Shown here piece by piece: positions 26,510-33,308 of a stretch of 33,308 nt of DNA. The notes under the pieces are model-generated. The model saw only the letters and a program-made list of their open reading frames with translations. It made no database searches and was not told where the DNA came from. The stretch is taken from sequence record SRR31156797_5759. One strand, written 5' to 3'. The translations under genes were made by a program, and so were the position numbers. Each line of letters starts with the position of its first letter. The first letter of the stretch is position 1.

Positions 26510-28330
26510 ATGTGCGGGATTTTTGGTCAGATTTCAATCTCAAAAATAAATAAAGAGAATCTTATTCAGTTAGTTAAACACTCCGAGCAGAGGGGGAAGG
26601 ATTCAAGCGGATTAGTTTATTACGATAATTTTGCTTATAAAGTAAGTCGAGCGGATTATAAAATAGAAAAACTGTTGAATAAAATTAAGCCCTATGATTA
26701 CCGAGTTATTTTAGGGCATAGCAGACTTATTACAAATGGTCTTAGCGATAATCAACCAGTAGTTCGCGGAAATATATGTGCTATCCATAATGGAATAATT
26801 GTAAATGAAGATGACGTATGGAAGACCATCACAGAAGAAAAAAAACTTCAAATTGACTCGGAAGTAATTGTTGCAATAGCAAAGGAGCATTTATCAAAAG
26901 GGGGGGAAGTCTCCGCTATACCCCAAAAGGTCCTAACTCTCTGCAAGGGAATTATAGCCTGCGCATTGGTTGTTCCTGAGAAGGGGAAGATTCTTCTTTT
27001 TTCAAACAATGGAAGTTTATATTTAGGACACAGTGACTCTGGGACCTATTTTGCGTCAGAAAACTATGCACTAACTCAAATCGGATGCGAAGATATTCAG
27101 CAGATAAAAGATGCTCTGTTAATCGATATCCCGCCCTCTAATGATGACATTATTGTGGATGACGATTCTGGTCGAAATGAAAATTTGATCCCTGCTATGA
27201 AATTTAATAAAGACGAAGAGGATCTGCTTGAATATCATACACCTGAACTGAGGCGTTGTACTCGATGTATTCTTCCTGAAACGATGCCATTTATAAAATT
27301 TGATTCGGAAGGTGTATGTAATTATTGTCATAGTTATACATTGAGAAATAACCCAAAGCCGAAAGAGGAATTATTTAGCATAGTCGAACCATTTCGTCGT
27401 AAATTTGAAAATGATTGTATTGTTCCGTTTTCAGGCGGACGAGATAGCTGCTACGGGCTGCATTTGATAGTAAATGAACTAAAAATGAAGCCAATAACAT
27501 ATACCTATGACTGGGGGATGGTGACAGATTTAGGGCGACGTAATATAAGCAGAATGTGTGCGGAACTTGGAGTGGAGAATATCATAGTAGCAGCAGATAT
27601 CTCCAAGAAGAGAAGAAATATTGCTATGAACCTTAAGGCCTGGTTAAAGTCCCCGCATTTAGGTATGATCAGCATCCTCACCGCAGGAGATAAACATTTT
27701 TTCCGTTATGTGGAATCTGTGAAGAAGCAGACAGGCATAAGCTTGAATCTATGGGGAGTCAATCCCTTGGAAGTAACTCATTTTAAAGCGGGATTTCTTG
27801 GAATAAAGCCGGACTTTGAAGAAAAGAGGGTTTATTCCCATGGGGTATTAAAGCAGTTGAAGTACCAAACTCTTAGATTTAAAGCTATGTCAAAAAGTCC
27901 CGGCTATTTTAACAGTTCTCTTTGGGACACTCTTTCTGGCGAATACTATCGTAGCTTTACTAAAAAAACTGATTATTATCATATTTTTGATTATTGGCGA
28001 TGGGATGAGAAAATTATTGATGATACTCTTGATGCCTATGACTGGGAACGGGCTGTCGATACAAATGCGACATGGCGGATCGGTGATGGAACGGCCGGAT
28101 TCTACAATTATATTTATTATAATGTCGCAGGGTTTTCCGAACATGATACGTTTAGGAGTAACCAGATTCGAGAAGGAGAAATAACCAGGGACGCCGCTAT
28201 GACGCTGGCCAGAGATGAAAATAGACCACGATATTCAAATATTCGGTGGTATCTCGATGCTCTAGGAATGGATTTCAAAGAAGTTATTAAAATTGTCAAT
28301 GCCATACCAAAGCTTTACAAGGTAGATTAG
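26510..28330 (+). CDS. Class II (Ntn) glutamine amidotransferase domain fused to a WbpG/WbuX-like N-acetyl sugar amidotransferase domain
   Basis: N-terminal MCGIFG (catalytic Cys), RGKDSSG, GHSRL.T, NQP, HNGII.N, DSE; then CTRCILP...GVCNYC, PFSGGRDS (PP-loop), RSNQIREG.ITR..A. Confidence 0.85.
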   Translation: MCGIFGQISISKINKENLIQLVKHSEQRGKDSSGLVYYDNFAYKVSRADYKIEKLLNKIKPYDYRVILGHSRLITNGLSDNQPVVRGNICAIHNGIIVNEDDVWKTITEEKKLQIDSEVIVAIAKEHLSKGGEVSAIPQKVLTLCKGIIACALVVPEKGKILLFSNNGSLYLGHSDSGTYFASENYALTQIGCEDIQQIKDALLIDIPPSNDDIIVDDDSGRNENLIPAMKFNKDEEDLLEYHTPELRRCTRCILPETMPFIKFDSEGVCNYCHSYTLRNNPKPKEELFSIVEPFRRKFENDCIVPFSGGRDSCYGLHLIVNELKMKPITYTYDWGMVTDLGRRNISRMCAELGVENIIVAADISKKRRNIAMNLKAWLKSPHLGMISILTAGDKHFFRYVESVKKQTGISLNLWGVNPLEVTHFKAGFLGIKPDFEEKRVYSHGVLKQLKYQTLRFKAMSKSPGYFNSSLWDTLSGEYYRSFTKKTDYYHIFDYWRWDEKIIDDTLDAYDWERAVDTNATWRIGDGTAGFYNYIYYNVAGFSEHDTFRSNQIREGEITRDAAMTLARDENRPRYSNIRWYLDALGMDFKEVIKIVNAIPKLYKVD

Positions 28331-29557
28331 ATGAGAATTTGGTGTATTTCGAAATATGCAGGTGTGTCAAAGTACGGGGCACCTGCCAGGCTCTTTTTTT
28401 TAACAAAGGAATTTATTAAATTAGGGCATGATGCTGTTCTAATAACATCTGATTCGAATCATTTTGCTGACTACCCCGAGACGGAAAGCCGATACAATTT
28501 CGAAATAATTGATACGGTTCCAGTTTATTGGATAAAAACAAAAAAGTATAAAAAAACAGCATCCGTATCACGGATACTAAGCTGGTTCGACTTTGAACGG
28601 TGGCTGTTTTTATTTCCGAAGAAAACAATTGAATGTCCAGATGTTGTTGTAATTTCTTCGTTGTCGATTTTTTCAATTATTTTTGGTTATTATCTTAAGA
28701 AAAAATTTAATGTAAAATTGATTTTCGAGATCCGTGACATTTGGCCATTGACAATGACCGAAGAAGGCGGATTCAGCAAATATCATCCATTAGTCTTGTT
28801 TATCGGGTGGATCGAAAAGATAGGATATAAGGTATCTGACTTAATTGTAGGAACAATGCCCAAATTGGATGCCCATGTTGAAAACATATTAGGGTATAGG
28901 CGGCCATTTTTCTGTTCTCCTCTTGGTTTTGAATTTGATAATTTTAGAGGGGCGCAATTGGATGAGAATCCTTTTAGTAAGATTTTTCCTGATGACAAAG
29001 TCATTATCGGATATGCTGGAAGTATGGGGATTACAAATGCCTTAGAACCATTTATAGATTCAATAAAGCTCTTAAGGAATAATAGAAAAATACATTTCAT
29101 GTTAGTTGGCAGTGGAGATTTAAAAGAGCAATTTGAGAAAAAACTCAAAGATTGCTCGAACGTCACCTTTCTAAAGAGAATGGAACAAAAGCAAGTCCCA
29201 TTTTTTTTGGAACAATGTGACATTCTATATTTAGCCACAAAAGATTCACGAGTGTGGCAGTACGGTCAGTCGATGAATAAGGTCGTTGAATATATGCTTT
29301 CCGGAAAACCAATACTCGCTAGTTATACAGGCTATCCTTCTATGATAAATGAAGCAAACTGTGGCAAATTTATTAAATCTAAGGATCCCGAAGATCTAAA
29401 AAATGCAATTATAGATATGGCATATATGAAAGGCTCGGAGAGGGTTAAACTAGGACAAAACGGTTTAGACTGGATACTTGCCAATAGAAAATATTCTGAG
29501 TTGGCAAAAGAATATATTCTTCAAATGGGTATGTTAATTGAGAGAAGGGTATTATAG
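28331..29557 (+). CDS. Glycosyltransferase family 4 (WbuB-like)
   Basis: FEIRDIWP, YAGSMGITNAL, VGSGDLK, S.NKVVEYMLSGKPI. Confidence 0.9.
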   Translation: MRIWCISKYAGVSKYGAPARLFFLTKEFIKLGHDAVLITSDSNHFADYPETESRYNFEIIDTVPVYWIKTKKYKKTASVSRILSWFDFERWLFLFPKKTIECPDVVVISSLSIFSIIFGYYLKKKFNVKLIFEIRDIWPLTMTEEGGFSKYHPLVLFIGWIEKIGYKVSDLIVGTMPKLDAHVENILGYRRPFFCSPLGFEFDNFRGAQLDENPFSKIFPDDKVIIGYAGSMGITNALEPFIDSIKLLRNNRKIHFMLVGSGDLKEQFEKKLKDCSNVTFLKRMEQKQVPFFLEQCDILYLATKDSRVWQYGQSMNKVVEYMLSGKPILASYTGYPSMINEANCGKFIKSKDPEDLKNAIIDMAYMKGSERVKLGQNGLDWILANRKYSELAKEYILQMGMLIERRVL

Positions 29558-29591
29558 TGGGCCCAGAAAGCAGAATATTATACTAACGATT

Positions 29592-30233
29592 ATGCAGCCT
29601 TATACTTATAGAAAACGCGCATTTGATGTAATAGTATCTCTGTTGGGGCTATATATACTATCCCCGGTTTTTTTGATTATAGGGGGGCTGGTTCGAAGAA
29701 AAATTGGGTCGCCTGTTTTATTCCGGCAACAGCGGCCTGGATTAAACGGAAAACCTTTTACGATTCTCAAATTCAGGACAATGACCAATGAGCTTGGTAC
29801 CAGCGGTGAATTACTCTCCGACGAGAGACGTATGACGGGTTTCGGGAAATTTTTGAGATCTACATCAATTGATGAACTCCCTGAATTGATAAATGTTTTG
29901 AAAGGGGAGATGAGTTTTGTGGGGCCGCGTCCACTACTCATGCAATATCTTGAAAGATATTCGCCCGAGCAGGGCCGGCGGCATGAGGTAAAGCCGGGAA
30001 TAACTGGTTGGGCCCAAATTAATGGGCGTAACGCCTTGAGCTGGGAAGAAAAATTTATGCTGGATGTGTGGTATGTAGACAACCAATCTTTTTTGCTAGA
30101 TCTGAAAATAATTTTAAAAACTTTTGTCAAAGTCGTTAAGCGTGATGGGATCAATGCCGACGGTGAAGCAACAATAAAAGAGTTTAAACCTCAAGCTGCC
30201 AACGTGAGAGAAGAGCATGTCAAGCAGATTTGA
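29592..30233 (+). CDS. Monotopic phosphoglycosyl transferase (PglC-like initiating sugar transferase)
   Basis: KRAFD, LSP, GSPVLFRQ.RPG..GKPF...KFRTM, STSIDELPEL.NVLKG.MS.VGPRP, KPGITGWAQINGRN, DVWYV. ATG at 29592 preferred over the track start at 29538, which overlaps the upstream gene. Confidence 0.92.
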   Translation: MQPYTYRKRAFDVIVSLLGLYILSPVFLIIGGLVRRKIGSPVLFRQQRPGLNGKPFTILKFRTMTNELGTSGELLSDERRMTGFGKFLRSTSIDELPELINVLKGEMSFVGPRPLLMQYLERYSPEQGRRHEVKPGITGWAQINGRNALSWEEKFMLDVWYVDNQSFLLDLKIILKTFVKVVKRDGINADGEATIKEFKPQAANVREEHVKQI

Positions 30234-30618
30234 TAATTGGCAATATCCTGACATTGAAGATGGGAAGCCAACCAAATATAATTGGATCGTTCAAAATGTG
30301 GAAGGATTCAGACTTGGTTATAAAACGGATATTGGCGCTTTTTCATATATCAATGCAAAATTTGGTGTTCATATTGAAGATTTTGTTCAAATCGGATCCC
30401 ATTGTTCTATTTATTCTCTTTCAACCATTGATGACAAATCCGGCCTGGTGACTCTGAAGAAAAATTGCCGAATAGGTACACATAGTGTCATAATGCCAGG
30501 TGTAACGATTGGTGAGAATGCAGTCGTAGGTGCTTTTAGTTTTGTGACCACAGATGTATTACATGATACTGTCGTTGTCGGGGTTCCTGCAAAAATACTA
30601 AAGAGGTGTGATGAGTAA
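30217..30618 (+). CDS. Short hexapeptide-repeat (LbH) acyltransferase
   Basis: IGAFSYI, IEDFVQIGSHC, IGTHSVIMPGVTIGENAVVGAFSFV..DV....VVVGVPAK. Confidence 0.85.
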   Translation: MSSRFDNWQYPDIEDGKPTKYNWIVQNVEGFRLGYKTDIGAFSYINAKFGVHIEDFVQIGSHCSIYSLSTIDDKSGLVTLKKNCRIGTHSVIMPGVTIGENAVVGAFSFVTTDVLHDTVVVGVPAKILKRCDE

Positions 30619-31825
30619 CAAGCGGATATTTCTTTCTCCGCCCCACCTGGGTGGGAGGGAGAAACAATTTGTCGAAGATGCTTTTGCCAGTAATTATATT
30701 GCTCCACTCGGCCCCCAGGTGGACGCTTTTGAAAAGGAGTTTTCAGAATATACAGGCATTCGGTATTGTGTTGCACTTTCAAGCGGCACCGCCGCAATGC
30801 ATCTGGCCCTAAGGGGGATAGGGGTCGGCCCGGGGGATGATGTTATTGGCTCGACTCTGACCTTTGTCGGTAGCATAAGTCCCGTTCTTTTTCTGGGTGC
30901 AAATTTGGTCTTTGTGGATTGTGACCGCGAATCATGGAATATGGATCCTTACCTATTGGCTGAAGCGCTGAAGGATGCTAAAAAAAGAGGGCAGCTTCCC
31001 AAAGCAGTTATCCCAACGGATCTTTATGGGCAATGTTCCGATTATGATAAAATTTTTGATGTTTGCGACTCATATGGAATCCCTGTTATCATTGATGCCG
31101 CCGAAGCCATGGGGGCAACTTATCATGGCGATAAAAAATCGTCCGGATCTCTACCAAATTTACCCCTCCATGCTGGTAAAGGTGCCAAGGCTTCTGTGTT
31201 TTCATTCAATGGGAACAAGATTATAACGACCTCAGGTGGTGGGATGTTGGCTTCTGATGATAAGGGGGTGATTGATCGTGCCCGCTTTTTATCACAGCAG
31301 GCGCGCGACCCCTTCCCCTATTATGAGCACTCCGAAATAGGCTACAATTACAGGATGAGTAATATCTTGGCAGGTATTGGACGGGGTCAACTCAAAGTTT
31401 TGGATGAAAGAGTATTGCAGAAAAGAAAAATTTTTGAGTACTACAAAAATGCTTTTACCGGCATTCCCGGTATTGAATTGATGCCTGAAGCTAGTTATGG
31501 GGAATCTAACCGTTGGTTAACGGTTATTTTGATCTCCTCTGAAAAATTTGGAGTGGACAGTGAGGTTCTCAGAATAGCCTTGGAAGATGAAAACATAGAA
31601 TCTCGGCCCATTTGGAAACCCATGCATTTACAGCCTGTGTTTCAGAAGGGTGAGAGCAAAGTTCATGGAAAAAGAGTCGGAGAAAATTCAATCCGAGTAA
31701 TCGGTGGGTCTGTGAGTGAGGATTTATTTGCTCGGGGATTATGTTTGCCTTCTGGAACAGCAATGTCGCATACAGATTTGGACAGGGTTATTGATATTCT
31801 ATTGAAATGCCGGGTTAATAAATGA
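30608..31825 (+). CDS. DegT-family aminotransferase, PglE/EpsN-like
   Basis: IFLSPPH.GG.E, SNYIAPLGP.VD.FE, SSGTAAMHLAL, DAAEAMGA, SFNGNKIITTSGGG, GYNYRMSN, ESRP.WKPMHLQPVF, GLCLPSG. Confidence 0.92.
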   Translation: MMSNKRIFLSPPHLGGREKQFVEDAFASNYIAPLGPQVDAFEKEFSEYTGIRYCVALSSGTAAMHLALRGIGVGPGDDVIGSTLTFVGSISPVLFLGANLVFVDCDRESWNMDPYLLAEALKDAKKRGQLPKAVIPTDLYGQCSDYDKIFDVCDSYGIPVIIDAAEAMGATYHGDKKSSGSLPNLPLHAGKGAKASVFSFNGNKIITTSGGGMLASDDKGVIDRARFLSQQARDPFPYYEHSEIGYNYRMSNILAGIGRGQLKVLDERVLQKRKIFEYYKNAFTGIPGIELMPEASYGESNRWLTVILISSEKFGVDSEVLRIALEDENIESRPIWKPMHLQPVFQKGESKVHGKRVGENSIRVIGGSVSEDLFARGLCLPSGTAMSHTDLDRVIDILLKCRVNK

Positions 31826-31907
31826 AAAATTGTACTGAGTTGATTGCTTCTTTTGCATGGATGCTTTGCTATTCATTAAATCCTGTTTTGGTAAAGAGGT
31901 TTTTTAC

Positions 31908-33308
31908 ATGAAGATAAAGGTTTCCAGAAATTTATTCATTGTTTTATGTCTTGATATCATTTTATTGAGTGGGGCCTTTTATTTTTCACATTTAATACGA
32001 TTTGATTTTACTCAGAAGAGTTGGTTTTATACCAGTTTTTTACATTTACTTCCCTATGTCTTAGGGTGCAAGGTTCTTTGTTTTTTTGTTTTCGATTTGT
32101 ATAAGGGGATGTGGCGTTATACAAGCTTAAACGACTTAATTGCCATACTAAAAGCGTCGCTTGTTGGGACCTTTATCATCGTTACCTTGGTTTTGTATAA
32201 AACCAGATTCGATGATATCTCTAGATCTGTTTTTGTTATTGACTGGTGCTTAACCGTTTTGACCATTAGTAGCTTGAGAATCTTTGTCCGCTTATGTTTT
32301 GAAGAATTTAAAGAAAAAATAACACTTAGTGATTTAAAATCCGCACTCCTGAAAATATTTCGAAAAAATATTGGGAAAGGGAAAGGTGCTCTTATTATCG
32401 GGGCTGGTGATTACGGACAAAAGATTTGCCGAGAGTTTAATGAGAACCCTTCCGTACAATCCCATGTGTTAGGGTTTCTAGACGACGATCTTTCTAAACT
32501 CGGCAGGAAGATTCATGGTGTCTCTGTCCTGAATGTTATTGATAAATTGGAACATATGGTAAAAACCACAGGGGCCGAGGATGTCATTATTGCTATACCA
32601 AGTCTGGCTCCAGATAAGATGAGGCATATCGTGGAGTTGTGCAAAAAAGCTGATGTTAACTTTAAAACGATACCTAATTTGGGAGAGCTGATCAACGGGA
32701 AAATTGATATCACCTCCATTCGAAATGTTGAATACCGAGACCTTTTAGGAAGAGAACCTGTTACGTTAGATAAAGAAGAAATTGGAAAATATCTCGGGAA
32801 GAAACGGGTCCTTGTTACAGGGGCTGGCGGATCTATCGGAACGGGGTTGTGCCGGCAAATATGTAGGTACGCACCTGAAAGAATAATTCTTTTTGAAAGA
32901 GCTGAAAGTCAGCTTTATGAGATTGATATAGAGCTTAAGAAAAGCTTTCCAAATATTAAGGTGGTACCTGTTTTAGGAGATATCCAGAATAAAAGCGAGT
33001 TGTACAAAGTGTTTGAGCAGGTTAAACCTGATATCGTTTTTCATGCTGCGGCTTATAAGCATGTACCAATGCTGGAGGGGCATCCGTGGAAGGCAGTTGA
33101 AAATAATGTGTATGGGACTAAAAATCTCATTGAGGTTACCGGGGATTTTGATTGTGAGAAATTTGTTTTTGTCTCTACGGATAAAGCGGTTAACCCCACC
33201 AATGTGATGGGAACCAGTAAGCGGATTTCTGAGTTATTGGTTCAGGAAATAAGTTGCAAAAGCACTACAGCCACCTCCTTTATGACGGTGAGGTTTGGGA
33301 ACGTAATA
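31908..33308 (+). CDS. PglF/CapD/WbpM-like membrane-anchored UDP-GlcNAc 4,6-dehydratase, 3'-truncated by the window edge (absent from the ORF track)
   Basis: AGAGGT RBS then ATG MKIKVSRNLFIVLCLD...IRFDF; TM region with LYKGMWRYTSLNDL; LIIGAGDYG, GFLDDD, DLLGREP, VLVTGAGGSIG, HAAAYKHVP, STDKAVNPTNVMG.SKR, VRFGNV in frame at the last bases. Confidence 0.92.
   Translation, partial: MKIKVSRNLFIVLCLDIILLSGAFYFSHLIRFDFTQKSWFYTSFLHLLPYVLGCKVLCFFVFDLYKGMWRYTSLNDLIAILKASLVGTFIIVTLVLYKTRFDDISRSVFVIDWCLTVLTISSLRIFVRLCFEEFKEKITLSDLKSALLKIFRKNIGKGKGALIIGAGDYGQKICREFNENPSVQSHVLGFLDDDLSKLGRKIHGVSVLNVIDKLEHMVKTTGAEDVIIAIPSLAPDKMRHIVELCKKADVNFKTIPNLGELINGKIDITSIRNVEYRDLLGREPVTLDKEEIGKYLGKKRVLVTGAGGSIGTGLCRQICRYAPERIILFERAESQLYEIDIELKKSFPNIKVVPVLGDIQNKSELYKVFEQVKPDIVFHAAAYKHVPMLEGHPWKAVENNVYGTKNLIEVTGDFDCEKFVFVSTDKAVNPTNVMGTSKRISELLVQEISCKSTTATSFMTVRFGNVI

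Noticed and set aside
15822-26906. Homopolymer runs (A9 at 15822 and 23507, G7 at 21194 and 26900) as phase-variation switches
   Set aside because: The runs are short, all host genes are in frame, and A-runs are expected at this composition; read-level length variation would be needed.
478-33207. Short alternative-frame and minus-strand ORFs in the track (e.g. 1455-1829, 9693-10049, 28783-29238, 29606-30154, 30411-30797, 32513-32719, 33013-33207)
   Set aside because: All overlap well-supported + strand genes and show no recognisable motifs; treated as shadow ORFs.
1-33308. CRISPR arrays, tRNA/rRNA genes, ops/JUMPstart antitermination element
   Set aside because: No repeat-spacer pattern or RNA gene signature was seen; no GGCGGTAG ops site was noticed in intergenic DNA, and the operon leader lies outside the window.

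Overview
The whole 33.3 kb window is one co-oriented (+ strand), tightly coupled bacterial surface-glycan biosynthesis locus of about 31 CDSs, truncated at both ends. It holds a diacetamido-uronate module (WbpD-like acetyltransferase fused to a WbpE-like aminotransferase), a carbamoylation module (SxtJ-like membrane protein, an unlisted 49-aa SxtK/DUF5989-like peptide, a NodU/CmcH carbamoyltransferase) and a nonulosonate-like module (two NeuB paralogues, a cytidylyltransferase, a NeuD/PglD acetyltransferase, a TIM-barrel protein, a CBS-DegT fusion). It also encodes an O-antigen-ligase-family protein, an SGNH protein, several glycosyltransferases, two methyltransferases, a sulfotransferase, a PglK-like ABC flippase, a deacetylase-fold protein, two architecturally different N-acetyl-sugar amidotransferase systems, and a PglC/E/F-like initiation module. 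A decayed IS3-family remnant with both inverted repeats lies at 26111-26477. The most notable observation is that the small membrane peptide next to the carbamoyltransferase ends in FIYTLF, matching the C-terminal F-x-Y-x-x-F tyrosine acyl-shuttle motif of DltX/AlgI-type systems. The locus has an AlgJ/AlgX-like SGNH protein but no MBOAT in the window, which suggests (inference) a trans-membrane carbamoyl relay. All calls are from motif recognition by eye; no searches were run.
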